Virus record (IMG/VR): IMGVR_UViG_3300037510_000256
Span: 1-26,030 of that record
DNA from: a virus
Taxonomy: Duplodnaviria > Caudoviricetes
Length of the DNA: 26,030 bases
Reading direction: 5' to 3' (one strand)
The notes under the pieces were generated by a model, which was given only the letters and a program-made list of their open reading frames with translations, was not told the origin of the DNA and made no database searches. The translations under genes and the position numbers were made by a program. Below, piece after piece: positions 1 to 8,297 of this stretch (positions within the stretch are counted from its first letter, which is position 1; every line of letters begins with the position of its first letter).

Positions 1-95
1 TGATATTCGCCGTCCGCACATTCAAGTGTGCCGGCAACGAACCATCGATCTGGAATTGCTTGCCATGGTTTGATGCGCATAGTCAGGTCCGTCAC
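1..95 (-). CDS. Hypothetical protein, 5' part only (MTDLTMRIKPWQAIPDRWFVAGTLECADGEY..., runs off window)
   Basis: GTGA overlap with the stop of 92..283; frame open to the window edge. Confidence 0.5.
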   Translation of the reverse strand, partial: MTDLTMRIKPWQAIPDRWFVAGTLECADGEY

Positions 96-283
96 TCAGG
101 GCTGTGCTCGTTGTGATATCGCGCAGCGGCCGCGTTCCAGCCTTCGGCGTAGGCACAGCGGATACGGTTCTCTAGATACTGACGCATCTCCGGCGGCGCT
201 CGAAGCGTGGTAGGGTCAATGCTTGCTTTCCCTTCGTCGGACTCGATATAGCTATCCACGGACTTTTTGTAGAACGACTTCAT
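92..283 (-). CDS. Small hypothetical protein, paralog of 280..483
   Basis: ATGA-coupled; shares YIESD..DP.TLRAP.EMR.YLENR...A.A.GW with its neighbour. Confidence 0.85.
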   Translation of the reverse strand: MKSFYKKSVDSYIESDEGKASIDPTTLRAPPEMRQYLENRIRCAYAEGWNAAAARYHNEHSPE

Positions 284-483
284 GGCTGCTCCACGGGCTT
301 GCCCTGAGTGGCTAACGCGGCCTCGCAGTGACGCCAGCCCGCCGCGAAGGCGATCTTGAGTCGGTTTTCAAGATAGACGCGCATCTCTTGCGGAGCGCGG
401 AGCGTCGCTGGATCGGATGAAGTCATCCAGTCATCCGATTCGATGTAGGCGTCAATCGCCTGTTTGTATGGTGTGCTCATCAT
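280..483 (-). CDS. Small hypothetical protein, paralog of 92..283
   Basis: GGAG RBS; paralogy with the adjacent gene. Confidence 0.85.
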   Translation of the reverse strand: MMSTPYKQAIDAYIESDDWMTSSDPATLRAPQEMRVYLENRLKIAFAAGWRHCEAALATQGKPVEQP

Positions 484-490
484 CGCTCCA

Positions 491-694
491 TTAGGAAACA
501 GGTCCGAGCTGGTTCACTGCCAAACAACGGGTGACAGCCTCTTCGACAGTCAAGCAATAGCCAGACCACTTTCCACCAGTCGCAGTGGGGAACGCTGTGA
601 CTCGCCAAGTGCCCACCGGAGAATGGGAATGATCGGACCACTTCAGTTCGATCCGGTAGTGCTGAATATTCTTTTCGATGTTCAAGTCTGACAT
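491..694 (-). CDS. Hypothetical protein (67 aa)
   Basis: GAGGAG/GAGG RBS before ATG; fills the gap in the operon. Confidence 0.7.
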   Translation of the reverse strand: MSDLNIEKNIQHYRIELKWSDHSHSPVGTWRVTAFPTATGGKWSGYCLTVEEAVTRCLAVNQLGPVS

Positions 695-708
695 TCCTCA
701 CTCCTCAA

Positions 709-1398
709 CTATGCGATAAGCCTGGCGTCTTCGAGCGCCAGCGCCTCGTGTGCCCACGCGCGGGCGAGCGGATAGGGCACAGCGTTTGCCAGTCCCTTCT
801 GCAGCTGTACGCACGGAAACGGTAGCTTCGCTGCGGCTTCGTAGCCCTGGAGCCACGCCCCGCGCTTCGGCCCGTACAGGCGGCCGGCAACGACTGGATA
901 CGCCTTCAAAGAATCAACGTCGCCCGCAAATCTCGGCGGTGGTGCGACGATGCCGCGGTATGTGAACCAACGTTCTCGGCTCTGATGCGGGACGTAATAG
1001 TTCATCGCATTGAGCATGGTGTGCCTGGAATCAGGCAAGTCGATCGGGCGGACGTTCTCGAAGACGTACCAGTCGCAGATCATCTTCCGCATGAGGCGCT
1101 GCACGCCCTCAGTAAGGTCCGGGAACTTTGGTTCGCGCATCGCACGGAGCACGCTGTGCGCCTGGCACGGCGGCCCGCCGATCACGCCATCGAATCGAGC
1201 ATGGTCGCCTATCATGAAGATCAGCTCGTCGAGGCTGTTCGCAAGCGGTTCGTCGCCGCACAGTTCCTTGTACATGGCGCGCATCTCGGGATCGATCTCA
1301 CAGCCAGGCACGACCTTGAAGCCCATGTCCAGGAACGCGCGATCCATCAGGCCCATGCCGGTGCAGATCGACAGGATTGTTTGTTGACGTTTACTCAT
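709..1398 (-). CDS. Compact C5 DNA cytosine methyltransferase (~229 aa)
   Basis: Motif I-like SICTGMG, catalytic GGPPCQ, ENV, QSRERWF, C-terminal LANAVP; start re-picked at the ATGA overlap. Confidence 0.9.
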   Translation of the reverse strand: MSKRQQTILSICTGMGLMDRAFLDMGFKVVPGCEIDPEMRAMYKELCGDEPLANSLDELIFMIGDHARFDGVIGGPPCQAHSVLRAMREPKFPDLTEGVQRLMRKMICDWYVFENVRPIDLPDSRHTMLNAMNYYVPHQSRERWFTYRGIVAPPPRFAGDVDSLKAYPVVAGRLYGPKRGAWLQGYEAAAKLPFPCVQLQKGLANAVPYPLARAWAHEALALEDARLIA

Positions 1399-1556
1399 CG
1401 ACGCAAACCGGCTCGCTTCTTGGGCGGCGGTGTGTAATTCCATTCCTTCAGACAGTGCGTGCACTTCTTGGTCCAGCTACCGTCGCTGCGACCCTCGTAC
1501 TCGACAGTGCTTCCGGGTCGCTTCATGTCGTGCTGGCATTTGGATGGCAAGAGCAT
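1395..1556 (-). CDS. Small Cys/His protein (MLLPSKCQHDM...CTHC)
   Basis: Stop overlaps the MTase ATG; CxH and CxxC motifs. Confidence 0.6.
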   Translation of the reverse strand: MLLPSKCQHDMKRPGSTVEYEGRSDGSWTKKCTHCLKEWNYTPPPKKRAGLRR

Positions 1557-1575
1557 TTCAGGTTCTCTGCGAAGG

Positions 1576-2379
1576 CTATTTGCCCAGGTTGTAAACCGGC
1601 GTCGCGCCATTCTGGATGAAGGTACAAGTGGCTTTGCCGTTAGATCCGCAGACCTCGGCTTGCATCTTCACGGTCTCCAGTTGAATGAATTGTTCTGGTG
1701 AAAGGTGCATATCCTCTCGGTATGCGTTATCAGCCTTTGCGCGGGCTTGCTCCGCCATCAGGCGCTGGTCCTCGGCCAGCTTCTTCTGCTTCTCCGTTTC
1801 GACGCGCTGTTGTTGGGCGGCCGTCGCCACACGCTGATCTTTCACGGAATCGGGTGGATTGGCCTTGCCTACGGTGAGCGTGATGAGCTTCACCGGTAAT
1901 CCCTTCTCGGTGATGAAGGCGTTGAGTCCCTCATGAATCTCGGCGTCAATGGCATCTATCGCCGTGGTGCTGATCGCAGTCTCGTTCATGCCGTGCTTAC
2001 GGACCGCCTGACGCACCATTGTTCGAAATGGAGCATCGAGATTGCTCACATACCATTTTTCGCCGAATTGACTGATGAGTTTCACCGAGTCAGTAACTTG
2101 CAAGTTCAGTATCGCGTGAAAGCTAATCGGCACACCATCGCTGGTCATCGTGTCCGGAATGTCTGCATCAAATCGCTGCGGTTGCATGAACACGTCAATC
2201 CCCGTGGTGGTAATAGCGCCAAAAGTCGCGCCTGTAGTAACTGGGGATTGTTCAATGCCGCCATGACCGAAGAACCAGGGCTTCTTCACCAATACAATCT
2301 CGTGGCCCGCGTCCGGAGCGAATCGACTGCACGCGGAAAGCATAAGAACACTGACTACTAACATGATCGTTTTAAGCAC
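1576..2379 (-). CDS. SPFH/band-7 (prohibitin-like) lipoprotein
   Basis: AGGAG RBS + GTG; lipobox LSAC; SPFH-like core (TSDGVPISFHAILNLQV) followed by a coiled-coil AAQQQRVETEKQKK. Confidence 0.85.
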   Translation of the reverse strand: MLKTIMLVVSVLMLSACSRFAPDAGHEIVLVKKPWFFGHGGIEQSPVTTGATFGAITTTGIDVFMQPQRFDADIPDTMTSDGVPISFHAILNLQVTDSVKLISQFGEKWYVSNLDAPFRTMVRQAVRKHGMNETAISTTAIDAIDAEIHEGLNAFITEKGLPVKLITLTVGKANPPDSVKDQRVATAAQQQRVETEKQKKLAEDQRLMAEQARAKADNAYREDMHLSPEQFIQLETVKMQAEVCGSNGKATCTFIQNGATPVYNLGK

Positions 2380-2418
2380 TTGATTTTCTCCTGATGTAAA
2401 AGGGTCCAAGTCACCGGT

Positions 2419-2781
2419 TCAGACTTGCTGACCACGATTTAGAACACGCGACATGCCGCAGTATTGGCAGTCACGAACGAATGGCCGCAGCGGATCAGCC
2501 ACCCACTTGTGCTCGCACTCTGTCGACCCGTCGTCGTTCTCGAATCGCTCTTGTGAGGGCGAGCCTGGAACGTTGCCGGCATATGGCAGAGCCGTTCCCG
2601 TTTCCTGGGCTGCTCCGAAATGCAGGTCGAGCGCACTCGGCAGCCAGTAACAAGTCTGATCGTGATCCACTGAGAAGAATCTCAGACTCGCCTGACCCAT
2701 GTATCTGTCGATGCCCTTGAACTCGACGAGGCCGTGAGTCTTCGATTCGTATACCGCACCGGGAATGAATCTAGGCGTCAT
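2419..2781 (-). CDS. Hypothetical protein with C-terminal CxHxW...CxxC Zn ribbon
   Basis: GAGGGAGAG RBS before MTPRF; coupled to the upstream gene. Confidence 0.7.
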   Translation of the reverse strand: MTPRFIPGAVYESKTHGLVEFKGIDRYMGQASLRFFSVDHDQTCYWLPSALDLHFGAAQETGTALPYAGNVPGSPSQERFENDDGSTECEHKWVADPLRPFVRDCQYCGMSRVLNRGQQV

Positions 2782-3040
2782 TTCTCTCTCCCTCGGCTGA
2801 GTACAGGTCGCGAGCCATTTTCTCGGTCTTGACCGGCATCGACAGCACGCGCGCGCGACCGTAGTAGCCAGCACCGTTGCCCTTCATGTTGTTGTGCTGG
2901 TCTCGACACAGTTCGGCCGCTGCCTTGGTGTCCCACAGCGAAGTGATGCTGTGCTCACCATCGCAGCTAACTTCGACTGCGAAAACACGTTGGCAAGCTT
3001 TGGTAGCCTCTTGGAATGCCTGGATCTTATCTAAGCTCAC
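2771..3040 (-). CDS. Hypothetical protein (~89 aa)
   Basis: GTGA overlap with the upstream stop. Confidence 0.65.
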   Translation of the reverse strand: MSLDKIQAFQEATKACQRVFAVEVSCDGEHSITSLWDTKAAAELCRDQHNNMKGNGAGYYGRARVLSMPVKTEKMARDLYSAEGERNDA

Positions 3041-3648
3041 AGCTTCTCTCCCAGCGAAGCTCCGCACTTTCGGCACTTCCGATAACCATCGTGGTCGCAG
3101 CCTTCTCCCTTCGTTGAGGTAGCTCCGAACAGCTCGGCGTCTATCGCGTCGTCAAGATGCTTGCCATGCAGCCACTCATCCAGCACCTTGCAACCTTCCT
3201 TATCCCGCAGGAAGCGATAGCGCGCGGCGTCGACTGCGTCAGGGCTTGGCGGTTGCTTTGACGCAGGTGGCGCGGCGTACATATACGCTGCATTGAGCAG
3301 CTTGCGCGGCCACCAGTTCGGGTCCCCAATGACAGTGCCCGCCGGCATCTCTTGCGCGAGCCATTTACCGAAACGAGCGATGTGCTCATCTGTGGGCCAG
3401 CCATCTCGCGGTTCGGGAGCGGTTCCATTGACTGCAGCGACTATCTGTAAGGCTGCGGATCGCGCAGCTTGCTGGCTGTCGTCACAATCACCCCAGTCGC
3501 ACCAGATACGTGCAATGACCCAATCGTCTTGGTCGACCAATGACCCGAGCACACTTTCTCGTTTCATCTCATCGCGGTCTCGGATGGCGTTGTCGCGCCC
3601 TTCCTCAAACCGCAGGGTCAACTTCTTCGATGGCACTGAGTCGCTCAC
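3037..3648 (-). CDS. Modular early protein (Ea22/Ead-like DAARYRFLR module, terminal CxH..CxxC)
   Basis: GTGA overlap; DAARYRFLRD motif typical of lambdoid early accessory proteins; Pro-rich linkers. Confidence 0.7.
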   Translation of the reverse strand: MSDSVPSKKLTLRFEEGRDNAIRDRDEMKRESVLGSLVDQDDWVIARIWCDWGDCDDSQQAARSAALQIVAAVNGTAPEPRDGWPTDEHIARFGKWLAQEMPAGTVIGDPNWWPRKLLNAAYMYAAPPASKQPPSPDAVDAARYRFLRDKEGCKVLDEWLHGKHLDDAIDAELFGATSTKGEGCDHDGYRKCRKCGASLGEKL

Positions 3649-3824
3649 AGGTATCTCCGTTCGCGCAGCCAGCGGCGCGCCCAAGGTTTATGTTTGTTGG
3701 TCATTGCCAGCGCGTAGGCATCCGATATGACAGGCGTATAGACCTGCTCGACAACGCGAGGGACGTGCGCAGCAACCTCTCGACGAGAGACGAGTGCACC
3801 TTGAATGAAGCGCTTCTTTGTCAT
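3645..3824 (-). CDS. Small basic hypothetical protein (59 aa)
   Basis: ATGA/GTGA overlaps on both sides. Confidence 0.65.
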   Translation of the reverse strand: MTKKRFIQGALVSRREVAAHVPRVVEQVYTPVISDAYALAMTNKHKPWARRWLRERRYL

Positions 3825-4090
3825 GACCGCACCCAATCTTTGAGTTCGTGTTCCACAGTGACTGTCTTGGTAAAGCCGCCGCCTAGTGCTTTGATCTCGG
3901 CGATGAGTCGTTGATTGGTTTCCGCCAATACCTTCCGCGCGTTCTCTTCGCGGCGCAGGGATCGGCGGAGGTCTATGACCAATTCGCAAACCTTCCGCCA
4001 CTGATCCGGAGTCAGCTCCCACGTGTGGTCCGCACGGTTGTAGAACGGCGTAGGCAACTCGTCTGCGGTGGGATGTTCTATTGCTGACAT
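3821..4090 (-). CDS. Hypothetical coiled-coil protein (~89 aa)
   Basis: Purine-rich GAAGGAAA upstream of MSAIEH; coupled to neighbours. Confidence 0.7.
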   Translation of the reverse strand: MSAIEHPTADELPTPFYNRADHTWELTPDQWRKVCELVIDLRRSLRREENARKVLAETNQRLIAEIKALGGGFTKTVTVEHELKDWVRS

Positions 4091-4749
4091 AGCATTTCCT
4101 TCGTGTATCCAGCCGGCACGCGTCCTGGGTGCAAAGCCAATTCTTCTGGCCAGCCTGCTTTTAATCGCAGCTGATATCGCTTGCATGCTTTGCAGTGCCT
4201 GGAACCATTAGGCGCGTAGTACGTGTTTTCTGCGTCGTAGGGATGATTTAGGGGGCAATGAGTGACGCGCAATTCGTGATGGCGCCCCTTCGCCGTCTTA
4301 TCCGCCATGTTCCAATCGTTGTCCGCCAGAATCAGGTGCGCAGGGTTGCAACAGGGCGGGTTGTCGCAGGTGTGGCAGACGAACTGATCCTTATTCAAGG
4401 AAGTACGATGAACAATCTTGTAGACGGTCCGGTGGATTGATCGTGATCGCCCGCGATAGCTGGTGCTGCCATACCCCTTTTCTTGTGTGAACCCCTGCCA
4501 AACGAAACAGCCTGTTGCATTAACCTTCGTGCGGGCAAAGACGTTTTTCAACCAACGCCAGTCATATGACTGATCCGGTTCAGCTTTCCTCGGGCGCTTC
4601 CCTTCGCCATATCCAGCCTTTCGACACCATCGCCCGATGGTTGCCTCTGGGATGCCATGGTGGCGAGCAATCGCGGCATATGTCATGCCCGACGCACGAT
4701 CGGCGATAACCATACTCAGCCGGTCCGAGGGAAGTTGACTATCACTCAT
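4078..4749 (-). CDS. HNH endonuclease with N-terminal HTH and C-terminal Zn module
   Basis: TYAAIARHHGIPEATIGRW (HTH); CFVWQG..GYG; VCHTCDNPPCCNPAHL; THCPLNH...CKAC. Confidence 0.9.
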   Translation of the reverse strand: MSDSQLPSDRLSMVIADRASGMTYAAIARHHGIPEATIGRWCRKAGYGEGKRPRKAEPDQSYDWRWLKNVFARTKVNATGCFVWQGFTQEKGYGSTSYRGRSRSIHRTVYKIVHRTSLNKDQFVCHTCDNPPCCNPAHLILADNDWNMADKTAKGRHHELRVTHCPLNHPYDAENTYYAPNGSRHCKACKRYQLRLKAGWPEELALHPGRVPAGYTKEMLCQQ

Positions 4750-4981
4750 GGCTGCGCTTTTTGACCTTCAAGTCGGGATCAAAACCGTGTCGTTCGCAAA
4801 TATTCTTGGCGGAGGTGCTGCCTACACAAAAGGCACGCGAAACCTTAGCCCACAGATATTCGCCCCAGCGCTTAGCCTTCGGTTGAGCCCGAAGCCAGCG
4901 GCGCATCAGTTCGTCATCCGTATGTAACGGGTGGCGATCTGCGCCATCGAGTCGGTCCTCAGAAGGGACTTGCTCGTTCAT
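4742..4981 (-). CDS. Hypothetical protein (79 aa)
   Basis: ATGA-coupled; LWAKVSRAFCVGSTSAKNICERHGFDPD. Confidence 0.75.
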   Translation of the reverse strand: MNEQVPSEDRLDGADRHPLHTDDELMRRWLRAQPKAKRWGEYLWAKVSRAFCVGSTSAKNICERHGFDPDLKVKKRSHE

Positions 4982-5331
4982 GGCAGGCTCCGGATGTATC
5001 CGAGCGCGGCAGATCGGATGGCAAGCGGCCCCGCCTTATCCCAAGTAGATTTTCGGCCCTGGAGCTCGCAGAACCATTCATCGTCGATGGTGTCGTGACC
5101 GAGCTCGAAGCCGATATTCGCAACCGACATCGCATCCAAGATCAGCCCAACGTCGGCCCAGGTGGTGAAGGAGGGCGTGCTAGGTGTCACCGAATCCAGC
5201 CAGGGCGCGCTATGTTGTTCCCAGCAGTCGCCGTCGCCGACCCGCTTCCAACCGAGCAGATTCTCGCAGATCAGCTCGTTTTCTGCAGTCAACTCGTCGG
5301 GTGTGGGCTGTGCTTGTGTGTTGTTACTCAT
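4978..5331 (-). CDS. Phage ABA-sandwich/NinX-like domain protein
   Basis: ICENLLGW...PSFTTWADVGLIL...PLAIRSAAL pattern recalled from this family. Confidence 0.6.
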   Translation of the reverse strand: MSNNTQAQPTPDELTAENELICENLLGWKRVGDGDCWEQHSAPWLDSVTPSTPSFTTWADVGLILDAMSVANIGFELGHDTIDDEWFCELQGRKSTWDKAGPLAIRSAALGYIRSLP

Positions 5332-5589
5332 TGCCAACTCGCTGCGATGGTCTCTCTCGGAAGAATCAAAGGGCCTTTCCCCGTGATCCTCCTGATCTTT
5401 AGATCTGGGTACTCGGTTGTCCCCGCATGCTCGATAACCTTTCGGCGATCACGGTCCGGGAAGGAATTGCCACACCTGAACCCGGTATTTGGAAACAGTC
5501 ACCCGCGAGGGCATGACTCCTCACGGACAAAGCTTTCTTGAAGCGCCGGCACTCTGACGCCGCACTGACTAACGTGCTTCGGACGGCTC

Positions 5590-6417
5590 CTATCGGAGCG
5601 GTTGAACTCGACGCACTCCGCGGTCGTAAATCCGCCGAGTGATGGAAATATTGGCGTGACCGAGGAGCAGCATGGCTTCCTCGACGGTTTTGCACTCGCT
5701 CGCCGACTTGGCGCGAATGTCGTGATAGCTGAAACGCTCGTTCCCAAGCTTCGCCCAGCGTCGCTGGTAGCGTTGCCAGATGGCTCTGAAGCCGTCCGAC
5801 GTGTAGCGCTCGCCGTCCCTGCGTCGAATGACGTACTCGCCCGCAGGCGCCATATCGACACACTGATCCAGCACGGCCGACAGGGCGGGTGAGATGCCGA
5901 TCTCGAGACGCTTGCCGGTCTTGCCCTGCTGTATCTGGATGCAGCCAGCAGTTCGGTCGACCTGCTCCCACTTCATCGAGAGCACGTCGCCCTGACGTTG
6001 CCCGGTCAGCAGCGAGAGTTCCATCGCAATCTGCATGCGCCTGGGAACCATCGCCTGGAATGCGCGGAACTCGGATTCCTTGATGTATCGATCGCGCGGT
6101 CTGGAACGATGGCGCTTCACATCCCGGCAGGGATTGGCATCCACCATGTACCAGACGCCAACCGCCTGCGAGAACGCGCAGCTCAGGACGGCCAGCTGCT
6201 TGTTCCGCTGGATCCGCCCCTTGCGGACGTTCATGAAGTCGCGGAAGTCCCGCGGTTTCATCTCGTCGGCGATCCGCTCGCCAAACCAGCGCCGTAAGTC
6301 GCGCACATGCCTGGCGTAGTCCCGGGCGGTACGCGGGCTGAGCTCGTAAGGAATGTACTCCGATTCGAATCGGTCCAGGATGTCGTTGACGGTGACGGCC
6401 GGTGTTGCGGTGTTCAT
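5590..6417 (-). CDS. int: Tyrosine recombinase/integrase (~275 aa; core-binding + catalytic domains only)
   Basis: Catalytic set TGQR, KTG, HDIR, LGH, RIY; start at ATG 6417 or TTG 6450. Confidence 0.92.
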   Translation of the reverse strand: MNTATPAVTVNDILDRFESEYIPYELSPRTARDYARHVRDLRRWFGERIADEMKPRDFRDFMNVRKGRIQRNKQLAVLSCAFSQAVGVWYMVDANPCRDVKRHRSRPRDRYIKESEFRAFQAMVPRRMQIAMELSLLTGQRQGDVLSMKWEQVDRTAGCIQIQQGKTGKRLEIGISPALSAVLDQCVDMAPAGEYVIRRRDGERYTSDGFRAIWQRYQRRWAKLGNERFSYHDIRAKSASECKTVEEAMLLLGHANISITRRIYDRGVRRVQPLR

Positions 6418-6510
6418 GCGCGCAGTTTTGCGCTGAGCATGAGTCCACAACAGGTATAGTTTGGTACGGGGTCAACACACCGCTGTTCATGCCGAATAAA
6501 ATATGCTTGC

Positions 6511-6810
6511 TCATGTGAGCACCGCTATCACGACTTCCTTCCGGTCGTACCAATCGAGCTGACGCACAAGTGCATCCAGAATGTAGGTTGGTATCCGTTC
6601 GGCTGGAATCGTCTGCGTCCGCCGGTCGATCTCGTCATGGCAAGAGCTGCAGGCCCACACGCCGCACAGGTCGCTCGGCTTGAGCGCGACGCCGGCATTG
6701 CCGGGCCGTCGAATGTGTGCGAGCACGGTGGTTTCCGTGTTCCAGTTGCACACGCCTGGAATGCGGACCATGCAGCTCTTTCCACGAGCGAGTTCACGCA
6801 GCTTTGTCAT
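6511..6810 (-). CDS. ybcO: DUF1364/YbcO-like putative nuclease
   Basis: LRELARGKSCMVRIPGVCNWNTETTVLAHIR...WACSSCHDEID. Confidence 0.9.
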   Translation of the reverse strand: MTKLRELARGKSCMVRIPGVCNWNTETTVLAHIRRPGNAGVALKPSDLCGVWACSSCHDEIDRRTQTIPAERIPTYILDALVRQLDWYDRKEVVIAVLT

Positions 6811-7234
6811 AGATCCACCACATCGGGTCTGGGTCGGGCACAAACACCCCGACCGTCTCCGCTGATCGCTGCTGAATGAAGGCGTAGAAGTCTTGTAGGT
6901 CAAGGGTCGAAATAACATCGCGATGACCGTCATAACCGGTCGTCGTGGTTCGCTTGGGGCGCTTCTTCTTCTGGCCCATGACCTCGTGTATGTCCCAGCC
7001 GAAGTACTCGCCACAGAAGTACTCGTGCAGTTCTTCCGGGTCGTTGCCGGTGGCTTCACGCAACGTTTTGTATGCGCAGCCCCACAGCGCCTTATTCTGC
7101 TGTGGCGACCGTTCCTTCTTCACGGAGCCAATGGTGACCTGAAATTCCTTCGTCACATCCAAGGTGGACAGGAACGCCATCAGCTTCGTGAAGTTGCGCA
7201 CGCCTCGATGCAGGATGAACGTTTGCTCTTTCAT
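6794..7234 (-). CDS. ninB: NinB (Orf)-like recombination protein
   Basis: KKERSPQQNKALWG motif; C-terminal F...IQ....E..GV; adjacent to ybcO. Confidence 0.75.
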   Translation of the reverse strand: MKEQTFILHRGVRNFTKLMAFLSTLDVTKEFQVTIGSVKKERSPQQNKALWGCAYKTLREATGNDPEELHEYFCGEYFGWDIHEVMGQKKKRPKRTTTTGYDGHRDVISTLDLQDFYAFIQQRSAETVGVFVPDPDPMWWIYDKAA

Positions 7235-7386
7235 TGGAAAACCTGTCTGTACTTGGTGCGGATCCGCTCGGCAGTTTTCTTCGGAACGCCGAGATCCCTG
7301 CACAATTCCGAGAGGCGCTTCCACTCGACGATGCGGCGGTATGCCTCATCGGAGATCTTTCTCCGGCTGCGCTTCGTACCGCTCAT
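7231..7386 (-). CDS. 51-aa HTH-like protein (not in the ORF track)
   Basis: MSGTKRSRRKISDEAYRRIVEWKRLSELCRDLGVPKKTAERIRTKYRQVFQ; ATGA overlaps at both ends. Confidence 0.75.
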   Translation of the reverse strand: MSGTKRSRRKISDEAYRRIVEWKRLSELCRDLGVPKKTAERIRTKYRQVFQ

Positions 7387-8297
7387 GCTGTGTGCGTCTC
7401 CCCGCGATCAAGGCCGATCTTCAGGTACTTCTTCCAGTTCGCCTTGCTGATGACTCCATCCTTCGCAAGCTTGTCCTGGACTGCTATGTATAGTTCTGGA
7501 AAGGGCTGCAGCTTGTCTGCCTCATAGGTCCGCAGGTCTACGGCGATTGCGTTCTCATCCTTGTCCTGATTAAGCAGGTCAACGATGGTCGAGAACCGAT
7601 CAAGCACCATGTCATTGTCGACGCTCGATAGGTCACCTCGCGGATTGAGGCCGGACTGCTGACTGTCGACAACGATCGGCTCTAGTTGCTGACCAACCAT
7701 TTCGTCGGCTGTGTGCGTGCCCCCGAGTTCATCCGGGAATGCCTTTCTAAGTGCAGCGGCCTCAGTGCACTTCTCCAGCATCTGCTCGGGCGCCTTCGAC
7801 CAGCGGGCATTCACCTCAATCTCGCTGGTCTTCTTGTTATATGTTGTGGCGACGGCTTCGGCGAACTTCACGCGCGCCGGATACTCTGCGCGCATCTGTG
7901 CCTTCTCGTTCCACCGATAAACTACGATTCGGCACCATTCGGGGGCCTTGACCCCGAGATACTCGATTTCAGGCCCAAACTCGGCATCAGACTGGCCCAG
8001 ATATAAGCCTGTGCGCGTGGCCGTAGTTCGGTACTCGTAGATGCCTGGCATCACCACATCGCGCCAGTTGTAATTTCCAGTCTTCGCGTCCCTGACGTTC
8101 ATTGGGACGATGTGACATGGCTTCTTCATCGGATCCAACTGGCGCGCGACGCAGTAGTCCCACACCATAAGTACTGAGGTGGAATCGGCTCCAGGGAAGA
8201 GGTTATTCGCCAGCGTTCTCCACTGCGCTTCGGTGATCCCTCGGCGCGCAACTGGGGCTGGTAGCTGTGCCTCTTTCATTTCTACGACTGCGTTCAT
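7383..8297 (-). CDS. bet: Bet/RecT-family single-strand annealing recombinase
   Basis: LDPMKKPCHIVPM, VMPGIYEYRTTATRTG, W...PEQMLEKCTEAAALRKAFP...ADEM. Confidence 0.93.
   Translation of the reverse strand: MNAVVEMKEAQLPAPVARRGITEAQWRTLANNLFPGADSTSVLMVWDYCVARQLDPMKKPCHIVPMNVRDAKTGNYNWRDVVMPGIYEYRTTATRTGLYLGQSDAEFGPEIEYLGVKAPEWCRIVVYRWNEKAQMRAEYPARVKFAEAVATTYNKKTSEIEVNARWSKAPEQMLEKCTEAAALRKAFPDELGGTHTADEMVGQQLEPIVVDSQQSGLNPRGDLSSVDNDMVLDRFSTIVDLLNQDKDENAIAVDLRTYEADKLQPFPELYIAVQDKLAKDGVISKANWKKYLKIGLDRGETHTA

Noticed and set aside
1-5331. Integron-like cassette array downstream of the recombinase
   Set aside because: Genes overlap or abut, leaving no room for attC sites
5499-5501. TGA after CPRG as a possible selenocysteine or readthrough codon
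   Set aside because: No convincing SECIS, and the upstream frame overlaps int; all other genes use TGA as stop
6484-6521. AT-rich segment as a dif-like XerCD site
   Set aside because: Does not match the XerD arm TTATGTTAAAT; only short palindromes are present
5399-6553. 384-aa alternative-frame ORF over the integrase
   Set aside because: R/A/P-rich shadow of a GC-rich gene with no recognisable motifs; only its ATGA-coupled start is noted
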